Positions 52,301 to 61,148 of a stretch of DNA of 64,000 bases are shown here, in pieces. A program made the translations under genes and the position numbers. Under the pieces are notes generated by a model. That model saw nothing but the letters and a program-made list of their open reading frames with translations, was not told the origin of the DNA and ran no database searches. The DNA is from an uncultured cyanobacterium (GTDB taxonomy: Bacteria; Cyanobacteriota; Cyanobacteriia; CAKZMO01). Each line of letters begins with the position of its first letter. Position 1 is the stretch's first letter. Location: assembly GCA_963719515.1 (NCBI GenBank), contig CAVRCJ010000003.1, positions 704,001-768,000 of the forward strand, in the 5' to 3' direction.

Positions 52301-52746
52301 TATGCCTTTGATGGGCAAGGAACTTTTTGTCCATTATCTATTGCACAATCTGGTACATCAGTTCTGAGGCCCATAGAGCCAAAACCGTACCCCTGCCAAC
52401 CAAGCCAGCGATCGCCTACGGCAAGGCGATCCGCTAGGAAAAACCCTGATAAACCTCGTCTAGCTCGAAAACCGTAGTTTTCTATCTGGCCCCGAAAAGA
52501 CGCCAGTTCAAGGGTTACAGCCTCTCAAGGTGTTCCCCTAAAACTCCAGGCCTCAACATGGATGCGGTTTAGTACACCAGAGCATCGTCAATTGAAAATA
52601 GGTCGGCGAGAAATTCGGTGAGACAATGCTCAATATCAAAACCTTTTCGATCATTGGGCATCATCCGCGCTTGGAACGGGCTGCACACCGCTTTACCTAG
52701 CAATTGCCCAGGCGATCGCTCCCATCTGTTAAATCACGGCCATAGA

Positions 52747-54843
52747 CTACGACAATAGAATGTCCTCACTCGAAACGCCGTACAGCTGACAGACTAGCTT
52801 ATCAATTTCGAAGTCTATTCTCTGCTGCGAGTCGCCCTGCGCGATGTGACCCCCCGTAGGGCGACTCAATAGCTGTCGCTGGCAGACCAGCTCGCGCAAG
52901 CGCTCAACTTCTGAAGGCGATTGGACCCAGACGTACTCTGGCGGCAGCGGCAGCGATCGCACCTGGGGTGGCCCTACCCGCAAGTAGCCCCCCTGAAGGG
53001 CATTGCCGCCAAATACCGCCTGAAAGTAGGCGGTCATCAGGGCGCTATTGAGCAATCCGAGCAAAACCGGGCCGATGACTGGAGCCTGGTCTGCATCGAG
53101 CAGGATGATCGTCGTAGACTTCCCCGCCATCAGCATGCCTGACTTATCCCAGACGCACTCTAGCTGCTGAGTAAGGCCGGCAACAATCAGCTTGGATGAG
53201 GCGGACTGTTGGTAGCGCTTGGGAAAGGCGCTCAACAGCTCAGCTTTTGCAATCACGGGTCGCCGGTAGCGATCGCCCAAGTAGCGTAAGGGTTTGGTGC
53301 CCCAGCCGTGGGTATAGCGATCGATGGTGCCGCTATTCACCACCTGAAACTCAGTAGGCTGGGACAGTTTGTGAATGAGATCGTAAATGAGGGGCTGCAG
53401 TCGGTAGGCTTCGGATACTGACGCAGCCCCCACCACCGTCGCGGCGCTGCTCAAGGTTGGATAAGTCTGGAGTTGGGAGAGCCAAGAGCGCTGACTCGGC
53501 GGGGAGAGACACCAGGGTTGGGAAGTGCGGAAGCGCTGGGGGCAGAGTCTATGGGCTTTGGCAGGCTTCGCTGGGGGAGCCATCACCTCATAGAGGACCG
53601 TATCGGTCTGGGAGGGGGCACGCTTTTGAAGCGTATAGACAAAGGGGTAGACCGCCGCCTGAAAACTCCCCACTCGGCTGTAGTCCCGCAGGTGGTATAG
53701 CCCGTACTGGCCCAGCAGCGATCGCGCTTCTGCCGCGTAATCCGCGCAAATAAGCTTATTGGGCACCACAAAGCTATGCCAGCCTCCCTCACCGCACAGC
53801 TCCAGCGCCCGCTCAATGAAAACGCAAAACAGATCCCAGTTGCCCTGCGCCGTCAGGTATCGTCGGCCCCGGGCCGATCTGCCGCGGCAGTAGGCGCGCC
53901 AGTGAGGAAGCTGAGCCACCATCGCCTCTGAGTCGAGGTAGGGGGGGTTGCCGAGCACAACGTCAAACTGAGTTTGCTGGAGGGGATAAGGGGCGAGGTC
54001 TAGGGCGATCGCCTCGAGAGGCCCCGAAGTATGTATAAGGGCATTGCCGCAGCGGATGGTTTGGCTGAGGCTGGTCAGACCATAGATGCGATCGCCGGTA
54101 TCATTCACATCCCAGAGCGATTTTGAGGGTTCACCGTTCGCAGCGGCCCCCCGGCCCCCAATGCTGGGGGAGCAGGATTCGAGGTTAGAAGTACTTGCCT
54201 CTGATGACAGCGAGCAGTCTGAGTTTGCCTGGGTTCCCTCAAATGTCGGGGCTGAGGGGTCCACGAGAGACCAAATACTACTCCGACATGTTCTACCAGC
54301 GGCGTTAACAGCATAGCCACGTTCTAGAACTGCCTTCGCCACCGCCAAACCCAGAGCCAATCGCGTCACCGCCACCGCATTGGGGTCAATATCGACGCCG
54401 GATAGCGCACCCAGCAGCCGTGCGTAGTCCTGTGGGAGCGAGGGTTGACAGCGCTGAACCAAATACCGGTAGGCTAAAACGAGAAAAATTCCGCCGCCGC
54501 AGGCCGGGTCGAGAACGGTGGGCGCGGTTGAGCCGCGGCAGGCTGGCGCTAGGGTGGCCTCCACCATGAACTGGGCGATCGCTTCTGGGGTGTAGTAGCT
54601 GCCCTGGCGCTTGCGGGTGGGGGTTGCTGTGGTGGAAGACGCCAGCTCGGCCTCGTAGGTTTGACCCAGCACGATGGGCAGCTGATGCAAGCCCGGCGAC
54701 AGAGACCAAGAGCGCTGCAGTATTGCCCAGAGGTCGATCGATACGTCGAGTTCAGCGGTGCATGCTGGGGCGATCGCGCTCCACCAGTGGCGCAGGTGCT
54801 CTAGGGTGAACGCTGCAGCAGGATCTACCATCAACGGAGCCAC
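52747..54843 (-). CDS. Gamma-class N6-adenine DNA methyltransferase (Eco57I/TaqI-like)
   Basis: GSYYTP, LDPACGGGIF, FDVVLGNPPY, TaqI-C-like tail. Confidence 0.8.
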   Translation of the reverse strand: MAPLMVDPAAAFTLEHLRHWWSAIAPACTAELDVSIDLWAILQRSWSLSPGLHQLPIVLGQTYEAELASSTTATPTRKRQGSYYTPEAIAQFMVEATLAPACRGSTAPTVLDPACGGGIFLVLAYRYLVQRCQPSLPQDYARLLGALSGVDIDPNAVAVTRLALGLAVAKAVLERGYAVNAAGRTCRSSIWSLVDPSAPTFEGTQANSDCSLSSEASTSNLESCSPSIGGRGAAANGEPSKSLWDVNDTGDRIYGLTSLSQTIRCGNALIHTSGPLEAIALDLAPYPLQQTQFDVVLGNPPYLDSEAMVAQLPHWRAYCRGRSARGRRYLTAQGNWDLFCVFIERALELCGEGGWHSFVVPNKLICADYAAEARSLLGQYGLYHLRDYSRVGSFQAAVYPFVYTLQKRAPSQTDTVLYEVMAPPAKPAKAHRLCPQRFRTSQPWCLSPPSQRSWLSQLQTYPTLSSAATVVGAASVSEAYRLQPLIYDLIHKLSQPTEFQVVNSGTIDRYTHGWGTKPLRYLGDRYRRPVIAKAELLSAFPKRYQQSASSKLIVAGLTQQLECVWDKSGMLMAGKSTTIILLDADQAPVIGPVLLGLLNSALMTAYFQAVFGGNALQGGYLRVGPPQVRSLPLPPEYVWVQSPSEVERLRELVCQRQLLSRPTGGHIAQGDSQQRIDFEIDKLVCQLYGVSSEDILLS
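54145..54262. repeat. Palindromic repeat doublet inside the methyltransferase ORF
   Basis: Outer arms GGCCCCCCGGCCCC / GGGGCTGAGGGGTCC, inner CCCCCA-ATGC-TGGGGG. Confidence 0.65.
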
Positions 54844-54883
54844 TGATATCGCGAAGGCCCCTTCGCCACGTGCTGTCTCAACG

Positions 54884-55039
54884 CTAAAACCTCTCCGCTA
54901 TCAGCGTAAAGCTGGGGAGCACTGCTTCCCCCGATGGCTCGATGGCGAGGTCGGGGTTATTGCAGCAGAGCTGGTAGAATTGCGCGTCGCTGAGGGGGCT
55001 GTGGGTGAGGTTAACTTTGAGGGGCAGGGTGGAGGTCAT
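54884..55039 (-). pseudogene. Uma2 endonuclease N-terminal fragment
   Basis: LSDAQFYQLCCNNPDLAIE..GE then family similarity is lost. Confidence 0.65.
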
Positions 55040-55155
55040 GGCGTAGAGGCTCACCGTCAAGCTTTGGTTCATTATCAAAAATGGGTGACGTGGACTTGAA
55101 CCTGGCAAGGGTAAGGCATTGTCCCTGCCCTTGCCACCTTGAAAGCTAATAGGCG

Positions 55156-55521
55156 ATTAGCGCAGTGGGCGCTGCTGCACCAGGTAGCTCAGCACCTGCC
55201 CTTGGGCCGGGGTAATGCGAATCCCCTGCTCCGGCACCGTAATCAGCGGTGTCCACAGGCGGTGCTCCACATACTGCAGCACATGCAGCCGCTCAATGGC
55301 GTGGCGAACGCCTTCGGGAGAGCCGACTGATCAGATGGCGCAAGTACTCACATCCGGGAGCGGGGGAGGGTTCAACCAGGGTGGGGACACTCGGCTCTGC
55401 TTCCAGGAGGGAGGGAAGCCGCGTAGACGAGTCCGCTGCGAGCTGGTTCAGATTGGGCTGTTGCACAGCGAGCTGGGCGGCCTCTTGAATCAAGGGCAGC
55501 GAAGGGATATTGAATTGTCAT
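55156..55521 (-). pseudogene. Frameshifted paralogue of 26453-26818
   Basis: Collinear homology across three frames (MTIQY / QEAAQLAVQQ..CEYLRHL / GSPEGVRHAI..LWTPLI / GQVLSYLVQQRPLR). Confidence 0.8.
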
Positions 55522-55622
55522 GAGGGACTCCGGTTTTGTGTTGTGTTGGAGTCCCCCAAAGAACCCGGACATTCCAGACGTTTTAGGGGTTCGGAATGAC
55601 TCAGGTACAATCGACGCAGGTC
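55522..55622 (-). promoter_or_regulatory. Conserved structured 5' leader (copy 2)
   Basis: CGATTGTACCTGAGTCAT...GAACCC..ACGTCTGGAA..GGGTTCTTTGGGGGACTCC..GGAGTCCCTC-ATG. Confidence 0.65.
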
Positions 55623-55925
55623 ATCCGCACAGCTAACTCTGTCGTGGTGGCTCAGGGGCCACATGTTGCTGATCATCAACATGCGGCTCCGCCAGACCGA
55701 ATCTTTGGGAGACTAGAACCATGGGACACGGCTCTAGCCACACAGAATAGGTCATCTGCGTCTGCTATGGCAAGAGGGCGGCTGATATTTCAGCAGTTCT
55801 CAGTTTGGCGGATGATGAGCAATCGACGAGCTGACTACGCTTTCAGCCCACCCGCAGATAAATGATGCTGTTGGCGAATAGGGGGTCAGATTCTTCATTA
55901 GAGTTTCAGCTTCGCTTTCACCCCA

Positions 55926-56066
55926 CCCGCGGCTGAAGCGCGGGCTAGTAGAGGTCACCCGCTCAAGCGGGTTAAGCGCACTTCTAGCCTATGGTTTGAG
56001 CATCAATGCGTTTCTAGAGTCCGCTTTAGCGGACGGCGTTCGATAGCCCGCGCTTTTAGCTGCGGG
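55926..56066. repeat. REP-doublet-like nested inverted repeat
   Basis: CCCGCGGCTGAAGCGCGGGCTA ... TAGCCCGCGCTTTTAGCTGCGGG with inner hairpins ACCCGCTCAAGCGGGT and GTCCGCTTTAGCGGAC. Confidence 0.75.
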
Positions 56067-56434
56067 CGCTTGCTATATTCGCTCTGGCGGGAGTATTGGT
56101 CTACGCAGCGGCCTAAAGGGCATTCGCTGGCGAGAGTGGCGATCGCGCTCTGGCAAGTCTTGTGATGTCATGACCCTCCGGCTGTTGCTGATGGCTGAGT
56201 CATCTTTACTCGCAGGCGAGCGGCGTTTACGTTGTGGCGGGTGGGGGGGCACTCTCGCAAAAGGTCTGATGGCTCGCGGGTGAGTGATAATCACTGATTG
56301 CCGAGTAAAATTCACTCGCTCGTGAAGTTTGATTCTGCAGCGCGCTCCCTTTAAACGACGACAGCCAGCCGTGAGACCACGCGGGTGAGTCTGACGGACT
56401 GGCTGAACTGGGTAGATGCATTGGCGTTGAGGCG

Positions 56435-56911
56435 CTATGCCTCTTCGGTCTGAGGCTGACGGCGGCGACCGATGGCACGGAAGCGATCGCCCAAGGAATA
56501 GGCGACGCTCTTGAGTCCGGGTCGGCGTTTGGCGGCGGTTTTGACGTAGTCGTAGATGTTGAGGCTGGTGCCCATCAGCTCACTACCGACGGCGATTAGG
56601 GTGTCGTCGACCTGTTCGTTGAGCTGACCGAGCCGGGAACGGATGTCGCTGAGGTTCATGGCGAGCTGGTAGTCTTGGGCGTAGTCGCCCAGGTTGAAGC
56701 TGACGGGCAGGATGTCGGGGTTGGACTGGGCGGCTTGGAGGCTGTTGCTGACAAAGCCAAGGCTTTTGTCGCCCATTTTGAACAGGCGGCGGCGCTCTTG
56801 GGTGGTGAGGGCGATCAGGAAGGGGAGTTTGGTTTGAATGGTGGTGATGGCGTCGTGGATTTCGGCGAGGTCTTCGGGGGTGAGGGTGGCGTCGATGTTT
56901 TTGTAGGGCAT
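56435..56911 (-). CDS. Hypothetical helical protein
   Basis: Clean 158-aa ORF; KLPFLIALT..ERRRLFKMGDKS; function unknown. Confidence 0.75.
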   Translation of the reverse strand: MPYKNIDATLTPEDLAEIHDAITTIQTKLPFLIALTTQERRRLFKMGDKSLGFVSNSLQAAQSNPDILPVSFNLGDYAQDYQLAMNLSDIRSRLGQLNEQVDDTLIAVGSELMGTSLNIYDYVKTAAKRRPGLKSVAYSLGDRFRAIGRRRQPQTEEA

Positions 56912-57143
56912 GGGTTTGCTCTTTGTGGTATTTGATACGTGGACGAGCTTAGGGTGCCCGGTGATAGGAGTGGCGGTGTTACGGGTTTGTGGAGATTTTG
57001 TGGAGTTGGGGGTGAAGGTTTTGGCTACGCTACTGAATCAGTGGCTATGATTGAAGACAGCGGTTTGCGTCTAGGAGTCTGCGATGCCTCAGCCGCCTCC
57101 TGGGAGGTTATCATCGAATTCTTAAGCGATCGATGGTTAGAGC

Positions 57144-59990
57144 ATGAATGCAGTCGAGATCGAAGAAGCCGTCTCCCAACTTGCCGAAGCGCCCTTCGAC
57201 GCAGAAGCATTCCCTTTTGCCTTCCTCGAAGCCTTCGGCAACAAGAAAACGACTATCAAAAAGCTTAAAAGCCGAAAAAATAGCTCTAATAAATCCGACC
57301 TGGGCGGCGTTCTCCAACGCAGTAATATTCACCTGAAGGTGTGCCCGGAAGGTGAGGTGACGGCTACGCTCGCCGCCCTGCGGGAGAGCCCCGCTACTGC
57401 GAAACATAAGGCAAAGCTTGTTCTGGCGACCGACGGCCAAACCTTGGAGGCAGAGAACCTCGCCGATGGTGAGACGGTCGCCTGTGACTACCCTGACTTC
57501 CACGACCATTTCGGCTTTTTCCTGCCGCTGGCGGGCATTACGACGGTCAAGCAGATTCGGGAGAATGCCTTCGACATCAAGGCGACGGGTCGCCTCAACC
57601 GCCTGTATGTGGAGCTGCTGAAGGAGAACCCAGACTGGGATACGGCGGAGCGTCGCCAGGAGATGAACCACTTTATGGCGCGGCTGATCTTCTGCTTCTT
57701 TGCGGAGGATACGAATATTTTCTACAGCGATAACCTGTTTACGGACACTGTTGCGCAGATGAGCGAGCGCGATTCTTCGAATACCCATGAGGTGCTAGCA
57801 GAAATTTTTCGGGCGATGAGCATTCCGGTGAAGGAGCGGGCAGCGGCGGGTATTCGCAGCTGGGCGAATGCATTTCCCTATGCGAATGGGGGGCTGTTTG
57901 GCTCTTATCCTAGCCCTCATCCCGTAGCCCCTCCCAAAGCGGGAGAAGGGGAACAAGAGACCATTTCTCCCCTCTCCCTATCTGGGAGAGGGGCCGGGGG
58001 TGAGGGCGTCCCTCGCTTCAGCCGCATCGCTCGCTCCTACCTGCTACACGTCGGCAATCTGGACTGGACCAAGATCAACCCCGACATCTTCGGCTCGATG
58101 ATTCAGGCGGTGGCGGATGACGAAGAGCGGGGGGCGCTGGGGATGCACTATACCAGCGTGCCAAACATCCTCAAGGTGCTAAATCCGCTGTTTTTAGATG
58201 ATTTGCGTGTCCAGCTAGAAGCGGCAGAGGACAATAGCCGCAAGCTGCTGAACCTGCGTAAGCGGATGGCCCGGATTCGGGTATTTGACCCGGCCTGTGG
58301 GTCGGGGAATTTTTTGGTGATCGCTTACAAGGAGATGAGGGCGATCGAGGCGGAAATTAATCAACGGCGGGGGGAGCCGGAGCGCGGGTCGGAGATTCCG
58401 CTAACGAATTTTCGGGGAATTGAGATTCGGCATTTTTCTTGTGAGGTGGCACGGCTGGCGCTGATTATTGCGGAGTATCAGTGTGATGTGCTGTATCGGG
58501 GGCAGCGGCTGGCACTGGCGGAGTTTTTGCCGCTGAAGGATGATAACTGGATTACCTGTGGGAATGCGCTAAGGCTGGATTGGTTGAGCGTTTGTCCGCC
58601 GACGGGGACGGAGGTGAGGGTGCAGGGGGAGGATTTGTTTAGCACCGTGCATGATGAGGCGGAGGTGGAGTTTGAGAATGAGGGGGGGGAGACATATATT
58701 TGTGGGAATCCGCCTTATAAAGGTAGTAACTGGCGTACAAAAGAGCAAACAGAGGATCTAGGCGCGCTATTTGTATCTAGAACGAAAACTTGGAAAGCAC
58801 TTGACTATGTATGCGGATGGATTCTAAAGGCCGCTGACTATAGTCAAACTACTACAACTGTAAGCGCTTTTGTTGCTACGAACTCAATCTGTCAAGGAGG
58901 ACAAGCATCAATTCTTTGGCCACTCATTCGCAAAAGTAGTCAAGAGATTTTCTTTGCCTATACGTCTTTCACATGGTCCAATTTGGCAAGTCACAATGCA
59001 GGAGTATCTGTAGTCATAGTTGGGTTGTCTAGCTTTCCTCTTAAAGGACGTAAGCTTTACGAGCTTGATAGTAGTGGTTCGCTTAGCGTAAAGAACGTTA
59101 AAAATATAAATGCTTATCTCATAAACGCTAAGAATGTCTTTGTCAAACCCATAAGAGAGCCTATTAGCTTTGATGCTGAAATCACTGATGGAAGTGGTGC
59201 ATTGGACAATGGATATCTGATACTTGATCGGAAGCAGCGAGATAGAATAGCTGATGAAAGCCATGGAGGATTTGCAAGATATATTCGTCCATGCATAGGT
59301 TCTGGAGAGCTCATAAAAGGTTCTCTTCGGTGGTGTATTTGGATTAAAGACGATGAGCTAGATAATGCTTTAAATAGCGAAGAAATTTCTCAGCGAATAG
59401 AGCAAGTCAGACAATACAGAAAAAACGGTGGAACACGGGCTCAGACAGCAGCTTGCCGCCCCCATAAATTTGCTTGGATCAATAAACGTAATACCTGTCA
59501 GATAGTTGTGCCAACAGTTTTTTCTGAGAATAGAAATTACGTTACCGCAGGATATTTAGACGACAACTACGTGATCAATAACAATGCCAGCATAATTCAA
59601 GAACCCGGCCTCTATGTCTTCTCTGTTGTTTCTTCAAGCATACATTTGTCCTGGGTGAGAGCCATTTCAGGAAGGCTTAGACAAGACATAAGATATACAT
59701 CCTCTACTTGCTACAATACCTTCCCTATCCCCACCCTCACCGAACAAAATAAAACCGACCTCACCCGCTGCGCCGAAGACATCCTCCTCGCCCGCGAACG
59801 CTACTTCCCCGCCACCATCGCCGACATGTACGACCCCGATCGCATGGACAGCGAGTTCCCCCTCGTCCGCCAAGCCCACGATCGCAACGACGAGGTGCTA
59901 GAGCGCATCTACATCGGTCGCCGCTTCAAGAATGATACGGAGCGGCTAGAAAAGCTGTTTGAGCTGTATACCAAGATGACCAGTAAGTGA
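57144..59990 (+). CDS. YeeA/MmeI-like N6-adenine DNA methyltransferase with target recognition domain
   Basis: RLIFCFFAEDT, INPDIFGSM, GMHYTS, DPACGSGNF, GNPPY, YNTFP, MYDP. Confidence 0.9.
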   Translation: MNAVEIEEAVSQLAEAPFDAEAFPFAFLEAFGNKKTTIKKLKSRKNSSNKSDLGGVLQRSNIHLKVCPEGEVTATLAALRESPATAKHKAKLVLATDGQTLEAENLADGETVACDYPDFHDHFGFFLPLAGITTVKQIRENAFDIKATGRLNRLYVELLKENPDWDTAERRQEMNHFMARLIFCFFAEDTNIFYSDNLFTDTVAQMSERDSSNTHEVLAEIFRAMSIPVKERAAAGIRSWANAFPYANGGLFGSYPSPHPVAPPKAGEGEQETISPLSLSGRGAGGEGVPRFSRIARSYLLHVGNLDWTKINPDIFGSMIQAVADDEERGALGMHYTSVPNILKVLNPLFLDDLRVQLEAAEDNSRKLLNLRKRMARIRVFDPACGSGNFLVIAYKEMRAIEAEINQRRGEPERGSEIPLTNFRGIEIRHFSCEVARLALIIAEYQCDVLYRGQRLALAEFLPLKDDNWITCGNALRLDWLSVCPPTGTEVRVQGEDLFSTVHDEAEVEFENEGGETYICGNPPYKGSNWRTKEQTEDLGALFVSRTKTWKALDYVCGWILKAADYSQTTTTVSAFVATNSICQGGQASILWPLIRKSSQEIFFAYTSFTWSNLASHNAGVSVVIVGLSSFPLKGRKLYELDSSGSLSVKNVKNINAYLINAKNVFVKPIREPISFDAEITDGSGALDNGYLILDRKQRDRIADESHGGFARYIRPCIGSGELIKGSLRWCIWIKDDELDNALNSEEISQRIEQVRQYRKNGGTRAQTAACRPHKFAWINKRNTCQIVVPTVFSENRNYVTAGYLDDNYVINNNASIIQEPGLYVFSVVSSSIHLSWVRAISGRLRQDIRYTSSTCYNTFPIPTLTEQNKTDLTRCAEDILLARERYFPATIADMYDPDRMDSEFPLVRQAHDRNDEVLERIYIGRRFKNDTERLEKLFELYTKMTSK
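57913..58007. repeat. In-frame palindromic repeat insertion in the YeeA-like gene
   Basis: GCCCTCATCCC...CCCCTCTCCC-TATCT-GGGAGAGGGG...GGGTGAGGGC; same family as 60113-60362. Confidence 0.8.
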
Positions 59991-60058
59991 GCATTAAAAG
60001 AAATGTGTCAGCATCGCAAGTTTGCATCAGCCTCTCATCTACCAACACCTTCTCCCTG

Positions 60059-60379
60059 GGAGCATGTCACCTTTGTAAACTCCAAAGAGGCCCACTCTTC
60101 GAGAAGAGCAAAGCTCTACATCCCCCAGCCCCTTCTCCCAAACTATACGTGTTTAGCGCATGTGGAGAAGTTGCGTTACGCCTTGGTATTACCCCCTCTA
60201 GCTCCCCCTTGCCAAGGGGGAGAATTGAGCTTCCCCCCTTGGCAAGGGGGATTGAGGGGGGTGACTCCAAGACGCTAAACACATATCCCAAGCTTGGGAG
60301 AAGGGGAGTAGGAAGCTCAAGTCCCTCTCCCAATTTTGGGAGAGGGATTTAGGGTGAGGGCTCAAAAGTGACATACTCC
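60059..60379. mobile_element. Nested MITE/palindromic repeat complex
   Basis: Outer IR GGAGCATGTCACCTTT / AAAAGTGACATACTCC; inner IR TACGTGTTTAGCG / CGCTAAACACATA flanked by TCCCAAACT / TCCCAAGCT. Confidence 0.75.
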
Positions 60380-60501
60380 TTTCTCTTCAAAAAAGGATAA
60401 GGGGAATTGGAAAAGCCTCACCCCCGCCCTGGAAGAGGTGTCTAGAGTGAGAGCAAAGAAATGCCGAAACTAAAAACTGAATCTACACCTGGAACTTCAA
60501 A

Positions 60502-60735
60502 ATGACTAAAGAACTAGACCGTATCACCGTCAATCCCCAAATATGTCTTGGTCAACCAACTATTCGAGGAATGCGCATCACAGTAGGCTTTATCCTCAAA
60601 TTGCTCGCTAGCCAGCTATCTGTTCAGGAAATTCTAACGTCTTACCCAGAGCTGGAAGAGGAAGACATTCGCCAGGCCCTCAACTACGCGGCCTGGGCAG
60701 TGTCTGACCGAATTGTGAGTTTCACTTCAGCATGA
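60502..60735 (+). CDS. DUF433 family antitoxin
   Basis: RITVNPQICLGQPTIRGMRI...YPELEEEDI..AL.YA. Confidence 0.9.
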   Translation: MTKELDRITVNPQICLGQPTIRGMRITVGFILKLLASQLSVQEILTSYPELEEEDIRQALNYAAWAVSDRIVSFTSA

Positions 60736-61118
60736 CTAGCCTACGCTTGCTGGCCGATGTTCATATCTCACCCGTAACAATAGCCGATTTGAAGTCGCAG
60801 GGCTATGACATCGTACGCAGCACAGACCTGCTGCCCGCCACTGCTGCCGACATAGAAATCCTAGAGCTTGCCCGTGCGGAACGTAGAGTCGTGCTGACAC
60901 AAGACCTAGATTTCTCTATGCTGGTCGCTCTCAGTAGCTACGGGCTACCTAGCTTGGTCACACTACGGTTGTCATCTGCCAAACCCGATATTGTCACGCA
61001 AAAGCTTATAGAGGTTCTGCCTATGGTGGAAGCTGAGCTAATGAAGGGTTCAGCGGTCACAATTAGCGACGATTCCGTTCGCACTCGTCAGTTACCTATT
61101 CGCCGCAGTGACGCCTAG
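60732..61118 (+). CDS. DUF5615/Mut7-C-like PIN domain toxin
   Basis: LLADVHIS, DIEILELA..E.RVVLTQDLDF; ATGA overlap with DUF433 gene. Confidence 0.87.
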   Translation: MTSLRLLADVHISPVTIADLKSQGYDIVRSTDLLPATAADIEILELARAERRVVLTQDLDFSMLVALSSYGLPSLVTLRLSSAKPDIVTQKLIEVLPMVEAELMKGSAVTISDDSVRTRQLPIRRSDA

Positions 61119-61148
61119 ACAACGATTTCAATCGCTATAGATCACCTT

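Noticed and set aside
52235..52746. Cobalamin riboswitch upstream of nrdJ
   Set aside because: No B12-box or conserved core recognisable by eye; only NrdR-like boxes.
57111..57788. 225-aa antisense ORF, and similar long shadow ORFs at 61530-62276 and 49520-50134
   Set aside because: Antisense shadows of GC-rich, well-supported genes.
59987..60352. Overlapping ORFs of 88-121 aa
   Set aside because: Translations of nested palindromic repeats (Pro/Gly-rich) with no protein-family signal.
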